Below are positions 1-15,899 of a stretch of 64,000 nucleotides of DNA, piece after piece. This DNA comes from Eledone cirrhosa (Eukaryota). Numbering within the stretch: position 1 is the first letter of the stretch; each line of letters opens with the position of its first letter. A model generated the notes under the pieces. It had not been told where the DNA came from and ran no database searches. It was given only the letters and a program-made list of their open reading frames with translations. The DNA lies in the NCBI GenBank assembly GCA_964016885.1, contig OZ024746.1, positions 72,602,001 through 72,666,000 on the forward strand. The letters run 5' to 3'. A program made the position numbers and the translations under genes.

Positions 1-540
1 GCGGGGGGCATGTTTTTGAGTGCATGTATTTGTGTGTAAGCATATATGTGAGAGTGCGTATTCATAGGCGATAGGCGTGCGGGCGTGGGGGGGTGGATAT
101 GTAGCAGGCAAAGATAAATACTTGGGTCAATGTGACTAAATCTCTTTCGGATGGTACCCCAGTATGACCGCAGTCTATTGAGTGAAACCAGTAAAAACCA
201 TTATTGCTTTGCAATATTTATTCCGGCTCTCTGAACTCTGAGTTCAAGACCCCCCGAGGTAAATTTTGCCTTCCACCATTTTAAGGTCGATAAAAGCTCC
301 AGTACTGGGGTCGGTTCTTCCTCAATATCTCTTTCTCACTTCCTCTCTATCACTGCCTTTCTCTCTCTCTCTAGAAGAAATTGGCTGTATTCACACCTGG
401 AGAGAAATAGGCTTCGCCAGGTTTACAAAATGTCCACAAACGCTGTATGTCTCTACGGTACCACTACGACTCGAGTCATGGGTTCATACATATATACATA
501 CATACATACATACATACATACATACATACATACATACATA

Positions 541-1150
541 CATGGTGGCTGCCAACTCGTTTTCGAGTACGGCCACTACTTTATATCCATGTAGGAGAAC
601 CCCTACCGATGCGCTGAACGAGTGTGACTTTTTAGTCCAGCCAGCGACTTGAAAACTCTGGTACAAACACTACACTTGTGACAATTATTGACACATAGTG
701 CTGGGCCCATGGTACCATGTGACGACAAGTGCAGAGAGATCTCCAGATATAAAGCAATGCCTGTGCCGTGAAGCTTTTATAGTGAGCAAAGGCACTGCAC
801 AAAGCCAGTCCCACTCTCTTAACCAAGATGATATTTACCAAAAAGAAGAACAAGTCAACATCATTGGATACCATCAGGGTTGCAAGTGTTATATCAGAGT
901 TTTCCTTCTCCTAGAATTCTGCCTTGACAAAGGCTAAGGGGTCATCTCTCCCGGTGATTTTGGATGGCCATTGACTCTTAAGAACTCCTTTGCCTTTTGA
1001 CAGGTTTTGTTTTTAGTCCTGCAGGATGTCCAAAGTCACCCTCCTCACCAAGAAACCTTGGTGGGGTTGCCAGTTTAGTCGCCAACGACCCGACCATGAG
1101 ACAGGTTGTACTGGGATACATGTTACCAGTAGCACCAACTGGTGACCTGA
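541..1150 (-). repeat. Interspersed repeat family (copies about 5490..5900, 8797..9285, 20560..20805), usually next to (TACA)n/(TA)n
   Basis: Shared gtttagtcgcc.acgacccgaccatg...caggttgtactggg.tacatgttaccagtag terminus; strand inferred. Confidence 0.7.
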
Positions 1151-1681
1151 CATACATACATACATACATACACACATACGTACATACATACATGCGTACA
1201 TACATACATACATACATACATACATACATACATACATACATACATACATACATACATACATACATACATACATACATACATACATAGAATACTGGGAGGT
1301 TATATCCGTATAAATATATTTTAACGGATTGCTTCTCTTTCATTAATTTACTTCGAGTATAATTGCTCTGCTTAAATTCGCACACTAAATATTAACGCTT
1401 CTAATATTTAACCCTGTTTGCACAAGCATCGAGCACGAATGCACCTGCGTATGGCAATTAATTATCTGTATCGTCTCTTTCTATAACGCTTCTCTCTATT
1501 CTCTCTACCGATACTGCCAATAGTAATCTTTAGGTGTACAGTCAAATGATCCCCTTTCAGCCAATGACATTCCTTACTCCAGCAGTACCATAAATACGCA
1601 AGTCCAGTGACAAATATTCGCTGTACTTCCTCTTCCTTCTTTTTTACAAAAATACACCTAAACAATATATATTATTTTATT

Positions 1682-1860
1682 GGATTGGCAGTATTGGTAG
1701 AGGGTCGGACGCCATGCTTTCCAGCATAGTTACGTCCCTTTACGATCTGAGTTCAAATCCCGCCGAGGTTAACTTTGCCTTTCATCCTTACGGGGTCGAT
1801 AAAATAAAGTACCAGTAATGCACTGGATAATTGGTGGCCTTGTGCCTAAAGTAGAAACAA

Positions 1861-1862
<2 letters not shown>
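1682..1862 (+). mobile_element. tRNA-derived SINE family A (other copies about 6695..6885, 7820..7995, 33835..34022, 58300..58490; partial or - strand at 235..310, 5150..5230, 50270..50340, 50810..50900)
   Basis: Recurrent ggattggcagtat.ggtagag...gagttcaaatcccgccgaggttaactttgcctttcatcc..ggggtcgataaaataaagtacc; A/B-box-like head. Confidence 0.85.
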
Positions 1863-1906
<44 letters not shown>

Positions 1907-2267
1907 AAATATATATATGCGTACTGGTGGTAGTATCATTGTGCAGGTATGAGTGCGAGTGGGGGGGGGGGGGCTTCGGGAAATTGCACGTGAGTAGTGA
2001 GCAGTGAGTAGTGAGTAGTAGGCAATTACTTCTGAAGTATGTAAATATTGAGAATGAGAGAAATGAAAGTTCTGAGAAAAGTACATCTGATAGTTTCATT
2101 GTAATGGATCGTTGTTCTAGTTAATGGTGCCAGTTGAAGTGGTGGTGGTGGTGGTGGTGGTGGTGGTGGCAACTGTGGTGGTGCTTGGCTTTGGAGATGG
2201 TGGTATATATATATATAAAATTAGAATTTTTCTCGCTCTACCACAATGACACGTATGCGCACTTAAA

Positions 2268-2312
<45 letters not shown>

Positions 2313-2400
2313 ATAATAATAAGTTTGAAGACTAAAATCCAAAGAGGGCTCGATAAGGATAAATATATATCAAATATATAAGAACCGTAGAGCCAAATAT

Positions 2401-2544
2401 TTATTAAAATAACAGATTAAAGTTTAAGCAAAGAATCGCTGCTTTCACCCTTAACGGGATCTTCTGAAACTAACCTTTAGTTTCAGAAGATCCCGTTAAG
2501 GGTGAAAGCAGCGATTCTTTGCTTAAACTTTAATCTGTTATTTT

Positions 2545-2549
<5 letters not shown>
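2401..2549. repeat. Perfect hairpin, 73-bp arms, 3-nt loop; solo pLTR of the 55.7-57.9 kb PLE family (whole element about 2310..2549)
   Basis: Arm is identical to 55681..55750; 2310..2430 matches 57746..57868 in reverse. Confidence 0.92.
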
Positions 2550-2600
<51 letters not shown>

Positions 2601-3663
2601 TTATTTATTTAGGCATAAATGTCTTTGGTAGTGTACAGTATAATATATTAATAAAGTATAATTTTCAGGTCTAATAAAACACTTTTTATCTCTTTTAACG
2701 CATTGTTTCTAATTTGAATCTAGCGCTTTCGTCATTCCCGGAACTTGTAAGATACAAACCAGAAGTATACAATGTGTGTTCTCGAATCTCTTTAAGTAGA
2801 GCTGTTACGGTTTAGGTTTGCTGTGAATTTCTTTATAAAATATTTCTCCATTTCTAATTAGTGATTTGGGTCATTCCTTAAATATTTATAAAAAGTGAGT
2901 ATTGTGAATTTGCGACTTAAAGAGTTGCAAAAAATACATATAGGTAACTTCCGGTTTGACTACGTTTATAGTAACAACTAAATCTATATTTTGATAAGTC
3001 TCGTGAAAGACGAAAGCGCTAGATTCAAGTTATAAACAATGTTTTATTAATATATATTTATCGAAGTCTTACATAGTATTTTACTACTTATTCCGAGAAT
3101 TATACTTTATCAATGTATACATATATATATATATATATATATATAGTTTTAATATAGATGAGATTCTACAGGACTAGAACTGTTTCATTCTTTAGAAATC
3201 ATCAGGAATCTGGGTATCAAAAAATAAATATGGTATTTATAGGTCTCTACAAGTGGTAGGAGAGGGTGGGGAGTGGGATGGGTGTAGGTCATTGGTTGAT
3301 AGAAAAGGGAATTCATTAAAAGCTAATTCTACAAAGCTATAGTTTATATTTATTAATTTTTGTTTTTAGAGTAACAAAGGCAGACAGAATTCTATAAACA
3401 GGTTCCGGGTGGCATACCATTCCTTGTCATTAAGTTTCTCTTAAGCTAACAGATGTCTATAAGATCAGTAGGGGGTCAGTCATGGTAGATAGAATTAAAG
3501 GAAAGGGAGATTCTTTAAAAGCTAAATTCATTAAGGTTCTACTAAGTGACAAAGGTTTAGAGAATTCTGTAGACAGATTCAAAATACTGAGTGCATATCT
3601 TACAATTATCTTCGAACTTCTCTTAAACTAATCAACTATATGCCAAACTATTTTTTGATACCC

Positions 3664-3714
3664 AGATTCCTGATGATTTCTAAAGAATGAAACAGTTCTA
3701 GTCCTGTAGAATCT
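3664..3714 (+). ncRNA. Type I hammerhead ribozyme; inverted copy at 3161..3211 (-)
   Basis: agattc CTGATGA t ttc-taaa-gaa t GAAAC agttcta GTC ctgta gaatct. Confidence 0.72.
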
Positions 3715-3799
3715 CATCTATATTAAAACTTTTATACTCTGCAATGTATTGAGTACCTTACTTACTGTGGTTACCTCCGATTCAACCCGGAATAACGTA

Positions 3800-3800
3800 C

Positions 3801-3847
<47 letters not shown>

Positions 3848-3926
3848 GTATGTGCAGACTTCTGTGTCTATGTGTGACATCTTTGTGAATGTTTTATTAC
3901 TTCTCTCCGTAAATTATAATTTATCA

Positions 3927-3988
<62 letters not shown>

Positions 3989-4026
3989 CATATATATATA
4001 CATATATACATATATACATAATGTAA

Positions 4027-4090
<64 letters not shown>

Positions 4091-4322
4091 ACATATTTAT
4101 ACATATATATATATACATATATATATATATGTGCATACGTCTGTGTCTATGTATGACATATATACATCTTTGTGGGTGTAAGATGTATACAGCAATTCTA
4201 TGAATTGTCCCTCCCCCTCAGTGAAAATGCATTGACATAAGATTTATCGGTTGTTTTTCGCTCTCTCTATATATGTATGTATATATGCATATAAGTATAT
4301 ATGTATGTGTATATATATATAT

Positions 4323-4407
<85 letters not shown>

Positions 4408-4495
4408 TACATATATATGTATCTGTGTACGTATGTATCTATTTATGTATGTATATTTGCATGTAATATATATATATATGTATTTATTATTGATA

Positions 4496-4555
<60 letters not shown>

Positions 4556-4578
4556 CATGTGTGTACAAATGCACGTGT

Positions 4579-4620
<42 letters not shown>

Positions 4621-4658
4621 GTACGTGTACGCATATATATATATATATATATATACAC

Positions 4659-4706
<48 letters not shown>

Positions 4707-4735
4707 GCATATATACATCTCCATATATACATACA
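3800..4735. repeat. Compound (TA)n/(TACA)n microsatellite field (similar at 485..541, 1150..1285, 14466..14928, 57870..58300; (GT)n 6319..6447; (GA)n 12431..12488; (AGT)n 15632..15703)
   Basis: Direct reading of the sequence. Confidence 0.97.
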
Positions 4736-5576
4736 TAAGGTCATGTTGGGCATATTTCTTATTTCTATGTAAATATTTTGAAACAAGAGCATCCTAAACT
4801 CGTATTTAAAATTATATTCAAAGGAAATGAAATGCGTTTTTATTGAAGAAGAAACGAACCTTGAATCTTCTGCTAACTGTATGGAAGTTTTTACTAAGCC
4901 TTACAGTACCTTATAAGACAAGAATGTCGATTTTTTATCTTTTTATCAAATTTTCATTCTTTTCTTCAAGTAATTTGAAGGTGGTTTGAGGTGAGATGTA
5001 CAATATTAAAATTTCAAAGTAACTCTTCGTCGTCTGTCTTTGTTTTTGCGTCCTTCCTAGCTTACTTAGATTTTACGTCGTCATAAAATGCAACACACGT
5101 ATTCTCGATTTTGAGAGGACGCCATTTTAAATGATTGGCCAGCTAATAAGGTACATTACTGGTACTTTATTTGATCGATCCCGTAAGGATGAAACGCAAA
5201 GTTAACCTCGGTGGAATTTGAACTCAAACTCATAATGTTTTTGATTGTGGCTGCGAATTCGGAGAGTCGTTTGAAAGTTAGCTAGCAATGTTTTGTGGCA
5301 TTCCCTCCGGCTCTCTGCGCTCTCATTTACTTCAAATCCCTGAGCGACAGTAGCTATAACCCCCAAAAAAGAAAAGATCATCATCATCGGTAACTACTGA
5401 GTCGCAGGTTTTATGTCGGAGTTATCCCAATTTCCTGAGTTGCCTTCTCCTAGAAGAATGCCGTGACAAAGGCTAGCGGTCCTTTACTCCCAGTGGTTTA
5501 ACCAAGCGATCGGGTATCCAGCCCGATTATTTCTATGTCCCCGTGCATATACATACACATGCATACATGTATATCC

Positions 5577-5608
<32 letters not shown>

Positions 5609-6036
5609 GCATACATTTATATACATATATACACATGCATACATGTATATACATATATATATATATATATACATATATACACATGCATACATGTATATTC
5701 ATATTTACACATTTTTGGATGGCCGTTGACTCTTATGAGTTCTTCCGCCCTTTGTCAGGTTTTGTTTTTTTGCTGCAGGGTGTCTAAAATCACCCGCTTC
5801 ACCAACTAAACTTAGTGGAGTTGCACGTTTAGTCGCCGACGACCCGACCATGCGATAGGTTGTACTGGATTACATGTTACCAGTAGACCTCAAGAGTGAC
5901 CAAACATTCACACATACATACATACATACATACATACATACATACATACATACATACATACATACATACATACATACATACGTAGATATATTCATTCTAC
6001 TGTGTCGTTTGGTTTGTTATTTCTGTTTCCTTTTTT

Positions 6037-6096
<60 letters not shown>

Positions 6097-6316
6097 TAAT
6101 TAATTATTAGCACAATAGAACAATTAAGATTTCATGGAAAATCTGTTTATTTTTATCCATGAGAGGATTTCTCAATATGAATCTGTCCGAAGATGAGGAA
6201 ATGGTCCAGAAACCAGGCGTAAGCTTTTGTGTGTATGTGTATATATTTATGTGAGTGTGTATTCGTACGTGTGTGTATAAATGTGAATAGATGTGTGCGT
6301 GTGGCTGGAAATGTAA

Positions 6317-6452
<136 letters not shown>

Positions 6453-6994
6453 GCGCGTGTGTCTGTGTTAATAAAGCATTAATATAAAAAAAGAAATAAT
6501 AAAACACTATCGCTTAAATAAAAAAAATAGAATAAAACATTGTTTATAACTTGAATTTAACACTTTCCTCCATCTGCTAAAATGGCAGTCAAACCGGATG
6601 CCCAGTTTGACTAACTTTTTTAACACAATTCGCTTTGTATCTTGATAACTTCCGTGATTCAAATGATAAACAATGTTTTATTATTTCTTTTGAGGGCGGT
6701 GGATTGGCAGTATCGGTAGAGGGTCAGACGCCATGCTTTGACGCATTAAGTTACGGCCCTTGCCATTCTGAGTTCAAATCCCGCCGAGGTTAACTTTGCC
6801 TTTCATCCTTACGGGGTCGATAAAATAAAGTACCGGTAATACACTGGGGTAATAGCTGGCCTTGTGCCAAAAGTAGAAACAATTATTTCTTTTGACAAAC
6901 GAATTCAAAACCGTATGTCGTTGACGGTTGAGAGAAAAGAGTACTCAATACCGAAGTAGACTTTAAATATTCAGTTCATTAAGGCTAAATGGAG

Positions 6995-7048
6995 ACTCTT
7001 GCTACTCTGGAGTTTCGCCTGTTTATCACAGGGTCATCAGACAAGAGT
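6995..7048 (-). ncRNA. Type I hammerhead ribozyme (minimal, PLE-type)
   Basis: - strand actcttgt CTGATGA c cctgt-gataa-acagg c GAAAC tccaga GTA gcaagagt: intact core with stems I, II and III. Confidence 0.8.
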
Positions 7049-7127
7049 TCGTCTATATTTAGCCTTACTAAAATGAATATCACCTTGATCGACCGACCAG
7101 TCTGAATATATATATATATATATATAA

Positions 7128-7162
<35 letters not shown>

Positions 7163-7239
7163 CGAAGGAGTTGTGGTAAGGAACCAGATGGACCATAACG
7201 CACCAGAGTACTCAATACTTAGAGTAGTAGAGTGGGTAA

Positions 7240-7362
7240 TAGGAAAAGTATGACCCCGACGGCAGATCTCAAGCCGTTTCGACGGCTATTTCTGGACAGA
7301 AATAGTCGTCCAGAAATAGCCGTCGAAACGGCTTGAGCTCTGCCGTCGGGGTCATACTTTTT

Positions 7363-7366
<4 letters not shown>
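7240..7366. repeat. About 58-bp arm hairpin between (TA)n runs
   Basis: aggaaaagtatgaccccgacggcaga...tctggac / gtccaga...tctgccgtcggggtcatactttttcct. Confidence 0.88.
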
Positions 7367-7412
<46 letters not shown>

Positions 7413-7417
7413 AAAAA

Positions 7418-7449
<32 letters not shown>

Positions 7450-7699
7450 GAAGGTCGTCTGCTCCATTCAAAACTTGACCACTTCTTGCACTTTATGCCT
7501 GTTCCTTCCTGGCATGAGATCTCAAATGGCTTTTGAGTCCTGAATAATAATACAATGATGTCTCATTGCGTTCTTGTTTCCACTCTGGGTTTACTTATTG
7601 TGTATGTTCTGATGTCATTTCAATCCACCTCCTGATTTGCAAATTTTCTGACAAACATGGAACTAGAACGGATTCTCTGCAATGAAGTTTGAATAATCA

Positions 7700-8284
7700 A
7701 CTTTGACTTTAGCATCATGTGCTTGTTGGTGTGACTTCAATCCAGTATTCGAAAGGCACAGCTTAGGGGACACAGGACATTTGAAAACCAACGCTGGATA
7801 AGATACATCATTATTACGGGTATCGGTAGAGGGTCGGACGCCATGCTTTCCAGCATAGTTACGTCCCTTTACGATCTGAGTTCAAATCCCGCCGAGGTTG
7901 ACTTTGTCTTTCATCCTTACGGGGTCGATAAAATAAAGTACCAGTAATGCACTGGGTAATTGCTGGCCTTGTGCCTAAAGTAGAAACAATTATTACTGTT
8001 AGTCTCATTCTTCCACCCTTTTCTTTTCAGTTCTGCATGTTTTACCCTCTCCATTTCAAATGCTTTAATTCCATTCAAAATACTATTTCTCCAGGCCACT
8101 TTATCTGGTGCATATGATTTCAGATTTTTGTAGGATATGTTAATAAGTCTGATTTTAGAGAGTCACTGTATCTCCTCCTTGGCTTATTATTTAACTTTTT
8201 GTCCAGCTTTAGTTCACCATAAACATTGAGTCACCCATACGAATCATATGACCTGTCCATCTTAAATGATTCCAAATAAGCATA

Positions 8285-8290
<6 letters not shown>
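7700..8290 (-). mobile_element. Old RTE(BovB)-like LINE C-terminal remnant, interrupted by a SINE
   Basis: LRWTGHMIRMGD, WRNSILNGIKAFE and a degenerate C2H2-like FKCPVSPKLCLSNTGLKSHQQAH on - strand. Confidence 0.6.
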
Positions 8291-8345
<55 letters not shown>

Positions 8346-8739
8346 GAATTAAAACAATAGCGTAAGGTTTCAAAATGCTTATAATTAAGCATACAGTGTA
8401 TTGCAAAATACACTATATATACATTCATATATATGTCGCTATTTCAGAGCACCAATTCTAATTTTCAATTTTTGCTGGACCGTCAACCGCTCTGTATAAT
8501 CAGTTCCTGATTATTACTGGAATTCTATAAGAATCCAACATTCATAATTTTCAACAAACAAGGGGAGTGTTAGGCTCTAAGGAATACCAACAGTATGAAA
8601 CAGAGATCTGTCAGCTTATCTCCCTTTGTTGAAAAAAGAAGTAAGTGACATAGTCACTACTTTAAAACAATAGCGTAAGGTCTTCAAAATGCTTTTAATT
8701 AAGCATACAGTGTATTGCAAAATACACTATATATACATT

Positions 8740-8800
<61 letters not shown>

Positions 8801-9301
8801 TGGCTACAAACTCTGCCAAGAGTTTTGCAATTGCTTGTCAGATTACAGAAAATGGTGCACTTTTAGGCTGCGGCCAGCCACACGAACCAGTAACATATCC
8901 TGAACAAGCAATGCCTGTGCTTTGAAGCTTTTTTAAGTGAGAAAAGGACTTGCACTCGACCAATTCCACTCTCTGAGCATCGAAAACACTACCCGAAAAG
9001 GAGAACTGGTTACATCGTCGGATGCTTCCAAAGCCGCAGGGTTTCCCCCTCTTAGAAAGGTGTTGTGACAACAACTTGGGGCCTTTCACTCCCAGATGAA
9101 AAATTAAAAAAAATGTTTAAGTACCATTTGAATGGCCGTTCGCCGGATCTTGTATTTCATTCCGCAGGGTGTCCAAATATCACCCTCCTCACCAAGCAAG
9201 CCTGGTGGGGTTGCCGGTTTAGTCGCAGACGACTCGACCATGAAACAGGTTGTACTGGGTTACATGTTACCAGTAGCACTCGAGAGTATATATACATATA
9301 T

Positions 9302-9382
<81 letters not shown>

Positions 9383-9463
9383 TATGTGGTTGACGGCTGA
9401 AAGAAAAGAATATCATCGAAACTCTAGAGTAACAAGACTCACTATTTACCCATAATAAAATGA

Positions 9464-9533
<70 letters not shown>

Positions 9534-9565
9534 ATACATACCCATACATATATGTATGTATGTAT

Positions 9566-10264
9566 TCAACGTTTTACATAAGCCACAAATTGATCCCGTA
9601 AATTTGGGGTATTTATTAAGTTGCATGCCTGTACTTTCGGATTTCAAATTCAGCAGAAGTTATACTTTCCATTCTATCTTTTATGGGGATCAGTAACATA
9701 GCATGTTTGGTTTTGTGTGGTTTCGTGTTGTCTTGTGTGTCTCTTGTTGTCTCGTGTGTCTCTTGTAGTCTTGTTTCTATTAGAAACCCTTAAAACTCTA
9801 CATACAACGGCCATGAGAGTGAATTAGCAGTTTATATACATTGTCTTCTAATTACTATATGTCGTTCTACAAGCTAATTACTGTAAATTCAAACCACACC
9901 CTACTCCACAAAGAAAGGCTTGATAAAAATTAGATAACAGTGATATTTCCTGATCGATTCAATCAAGTCACATTCTTTTGTATTCTTTTCGTAAAACGTA
10001 GTCCTGTTTCCTGCCCAGGTCAAAATAAAATGTTAGATATAGGTCGGTAACTACGGTAACTACGGTAACTACAATGAAACATCTGAAACAACTTAATATC
10101 AAAACCAGATGAAACCTGTTGATGTTATATAGAGAAATATGAACAGAAAAGAAAGCATAGATATCATAACACGACAATTACATGATCAATAGAGGCAGAT
10201 AGAAATAATATATTACGTAAAGACCCGTGGACTAGTAGTTGTGGTTAGAGTGTTGGGCTCACGA
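9566..10264 (+). repeat. About 650-700-bp local duplication of the start of TRMT44 intron 1 (19681..20315); partial third copy at 16950..17100
   Basis: Long near-identical stretches from caacgtt.tacataagccac to gttagagtgttgggctcacg. Confidence 0.9.
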
Positions 10265-10414
10265 TCGTAAGGTGGTGAGTTCGATTCCCGGACTGGATAG
10301 TATGTTGTATTCATTTTACGTTGCTCCATTTCACATTCACTCGGCTGAAAATGAGTAGCACCACCAACAGCCTTGGTTAACTTTGCGGTGGAAAACTGTT
10401 GATAGTGGGGGAGT

Positions 10415-10760
10415 ACATGTTCAATTGATGATGCGGCTGGTTCTAGTCACCCTGTGTCAGTTATAGAGATTATTTTTCCTTCTCAACTAAACAGTAAAAA
10501 TCGAACATTTGACTGACCGCTCAACAGAATGCCGAAGATTATTTTATAAATGACCTCCAAGATCTCCTGAGTTGATCATTCCTGATTTCTTCTTGTGGAG
10601 ATATCTCAGGAATAAAGCCTACTAACAACAATCTTATCAACGCACCAACATCCAAGAATTACGTGCTGCAATCATTGAGGAAATAGTTAATTTTAAAGTT
10701 AATTATTGTCTTAAAGCTACATCAGTACACAATCGATTGCAAGTACGCATGATGAAAGGC
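10415..10760 (+). mobile_element. Tc1/mariner transposase remnant
   Basis: *PPRSPEL..PDFFLWRYLRNKAY, matching the WPPRSPDL..DFFLWGYLK motif, at about 10551-10625. Confidence 0.7.
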
Positions 10761-11199
10761 CAGTGCCCATAACCTTCACTTGTCCTACGAGACCGCAAAT
10801 TTTGATGTGGCTAATGTTCCGCTTAACTATTTTGATACAAAACTATCTGAAACCAGCCCTTGTTCGACGCTGTGATTTTAAGGCGTTTATATTTATCTAA
10901 AAACCTCCCATCATAATTTCATGTAATAACCTTTATTAAGTTATGCTCCAAATACCATCTTGATAATGTGAGTTATACTACTAAATTTCTTCAAATTCTT
11001 GATTATTTTCAAAATGATTTGAAAATCATAGGCAGTCTCTTCCATTAGAAATACGGTAAGAGGTTAAAATATCTCAAGGTAAAAAGTGATAGCTGGGATC
11101 TAGGTCACAGACGTTCGAGAAGTGGAGGGAGAATTTTACACCGGATTCATTCTGGTGGTTCATTTTACATAAACACATTTCTTATTAGTACAGTGGGTT

Positions 11200-12066
11200 T
11201 TCTTAAAGGAGTATGTTTTGCTGATCAGGGATTTTGTGTAAAATGAACCCCCAGATAAACTGTAAAACTAGAAATGTAGTCTGTAGTATAAGATGTACAG
11301 AGGGTACTTGCAGAAACATGACAACGACATACATAGGTGAGACAGCTCGAAGCATAGGAGAAAGAATAGACCAACACTGGGGGAAACTAAAAGGACAAAA
11401 AAAAAACGGTTCAGTACTATACGAACATGCCAGACAAAGACATGACGGTAATATAGACAACATAGAAATTAAAATGATATCTAAACATAGAAATGACTCA
11501 ACAGGTAGACAAATCAGAGAAGCAACTGAGATAGAGCTAAGGAGATCAAAGCTAAACAGAAAAAAATGAATGGAATAATAACAACAACCATACCCAAACA
11601 AACAATACTGACTTAAGGGAAATATAAATAAATAAATACACAGGTACAATAGCAACAAACACATATAAACATATAAACATACTCTAATAAACAAAGATAG
11701 AATACAAAAACACACACACACCAAACATTAAACACACACGCAAACGCATGCGCAGAGATGGAGACAAGAATAAATAAATAAATAAAATAAAAATCGCGTA
11801 GACATACAATACAACAGGAGGAAACATAATAGTACCACTGATGATGTTGCAAATGTGCAACGAAAGAACTTTGATAGACTATATATATATATTTATATCT
11901 GTATTTTTAACCGTTGATCAATCAATGATAAACGTTGATTGCCAAATAAATTAACTATGGAGATATAAAAGATGCAGAAGCGAAAACCAACCAAACAGTG
12001 AATGTGTTCTGTTAATATTTCTGGCAATATTATTACAGCAATATGACCCTCCCCAAGTATAACAAT
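11200..12066 (+). mobile_element. Penelope-like GIY-YIG endonuclease remnant + 3' pLTR with hammerhead core
   Basis: NCKTRNVVCSIRC...YIGETARSIGERIDQH...LNRK; CTGATGA...GAAA at 11838..11865. Confidence 0.8.
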
Positions 12067-12387
12067 ATATATATAGAGAGAGAGAGAGAGAGAAAGAGAG
12101 AGACGCATACACTTAGTCACACAGACACACACAAGTAATGCTAGTCAACAATGCGCCTTTCTACAAAGATTTGCGACAACTATACAATGCGGCATTTTAC
12201 ACTGTGCAAACTAACAGATAATACAACAACAATAGCAGCAGCAATAACGAAACAACAACAACAAAAGAAGCAGAAACAACAACAACAAAGAAAGCACTTT
12301 AAAAGAATTAAGAACTGCAGATTTATCGAAGCGACATTTTAAGTCGAGGATTCTCGTAGCACAAAAAACTAAAATGTTGTTGTGAGT

Positions 12388-13079
<692 letters not shown>

Positions 13080-13817
13080 CGTTTCTGAATTTGTTTAGCA
13101 AGATTCTTTATCTGAAATCGTGTGTTGAAACCGATATTGTTATACTTTGGGAGGGTCATGTTGCCAATAGGAAACACACGCACCAGTTGCTTTCACTTCA
13201 ATGTAGGGGAACGGATAAATGAACACTGGCGAGACCTTCAAGATAGTAAAGAATCATCTGTACTCTACCAACATGCTAAAATAGAACACAAGGGTAAATT
13301 AGAGAACATAGAAATAAAAATAGAATCTACACACAGAAAAGACGCAATGTTTAGACAAATTACAGAGGCAATAAACATAAAAGAATTACAACCAAAATTA
13401 AATAGAAAATATGAGTGGAACAGCAACATCACAACTTACAATTAAGGACAGAATGAAAACACACACACACATAGAACAAACAACCAACCAGTAACATGTA
13501 AATAAACAAATAAATAAATGAACATAAACACACACAGACACCCGGATGTGGCGCATGCGCAGACTGAGCACACAACACACACACAGAAACAAAATGGCGT
13601 AGGACAGAACAAAGGAGAGGCACAGAAACAATGAAAGGAATCCCCAGTCACTGAAGAGGTCACAGAGTGTGTGACGAAAGAACTATGAACAATCATCTGG
13701 TTATGGAACCAACCAACCAACCAGAAATTTATAAATTTATAAATTTATTATAATAAATTGAAGTGAAAGCAACTGGTGCGTGTGTTTCTTATTGGCAACA
13801 TGACCCTCCCAAAGTAT

Positions 13818-13825
<8 letters not shown>
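13080..13825 (+). mobile_element. Related Penelope-like GIY-YIG remnant bounded by 69-bp inverted repeats (13134..13202 / 13757..13825), hammerhead at 13646..13690
   Basis: GERINEH...SVLYQHA...RQITEAINI...LNRKYEW; shares the terminal sequence atgaccctccc..aagtataacaatat with 12041..12066. Confidence 0.8.
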
Positions 13826-13860
<35 letters not shown>

Positions 13861-13959
13861 TATGTGTGTGTGTGTATGTATATATATGTGTGTGTGTGCA
13901 AGAGATGTCAACATGAATGGACCTGTTATTTTTATCTAAGGACATTTTTTCCAATTCCA

Positions 13960-14465
<506 letters not shown>

Positions 14466-14575
14466 GAATATATATATGTATGTATGTATATATATATGTA
14501 GGTGTGTGTATATATATATGTGTATGTATGTATGTATATATATATATGTATATATGTACATATATATATTCATAC

Positions 14576-14606
<31 letters not shown>

Positions 14607-14644
14607 TATATATATACACACACACACATATATATATACACACA

Positions 14645-14735
<91 letters not shown>

Positions 14736-14877
14736 GTATATATATATATGTATGTATATATACGTACATATATATATATATATGCATACATATATATATA
14801 TATACATATATATATACATACATACATATATATATACATACATACATATATACATACATACATACATATATATATAC

Positions 14878-14928
<51 letters not shown>

Positions 14929-15207
14929 CGATATTAAACAAATGGAAACTATATTTATAAAACCATATTTATTTCATTATTCATATTTCGGGGATACCAT
15001 ATTAAAAATATGGCATGCCTTCTTCAGATAAAATACAATATATAAACAGTTTTATAAATAATTTTGACGTACCATAAATATTGAGCAACCGTTATGTAAG
15101 AAGCCGGTTTGTTTAATATCGTATATCTACTCCAAAACTTGTCGAGTGCTTTATATCAGTTATAAAATATTTACTTGTTGTAACCCAACAATTTTAAATA
15201 AAACTTT

Positions 15208-15295
<88 letters not shown>

Positions 15296-15356
15296 CATAC
15301 ATATATATATATACGCATACCTACATATATCTATACATACATATAAATACATACAA

Positions 15357-15426
<70 letters not shown>

Positions 15427-15631
15427 GTGTGTATGTGTGTGTGTGTGTGTGTGTGTGTACTAGCTTAGTGCCCGTCAGAAATGTCAGAATGTATGATAAA
15501 AAAATGTATATTATATTCGATTTAATTATTCCTTAGTTACAACATTAAGACTCACCTTCGTAAAATTCAATTTATCTTCGTTTTCTATTATTACTATTAC
15601 AATACTACTACTATTGCTTAACAGCAGCAGC

Positions 15632-15704
<73 letters not shown>

Positions 15705-15899
15705 AATTGATTGCTTGTTTGTTTTGGGAATGGAGATAACTATGTAAAAAAAACTTACTACTTCTTAGACACGCAGGAAGCAGGCCCGTTACATGCTCAC
15801 CGCTCTCACCCATTTAGTATAAATAAAGTATTAGGGGGAAAACCAGGTAAGAAGGGAGGAGAGATTTGAAGAAAGGTGTATTACATTATATTACCTAAT

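Noticed and set aside
2690-3045. Further hammerhead candidates (about 2992, 6187, 9398, 35307)
   Set aside because: Cores or stem I are degenerate (e.g. TTGATAA, CTGAAGC); probably decayed pLTRs, not called as ribozymes.
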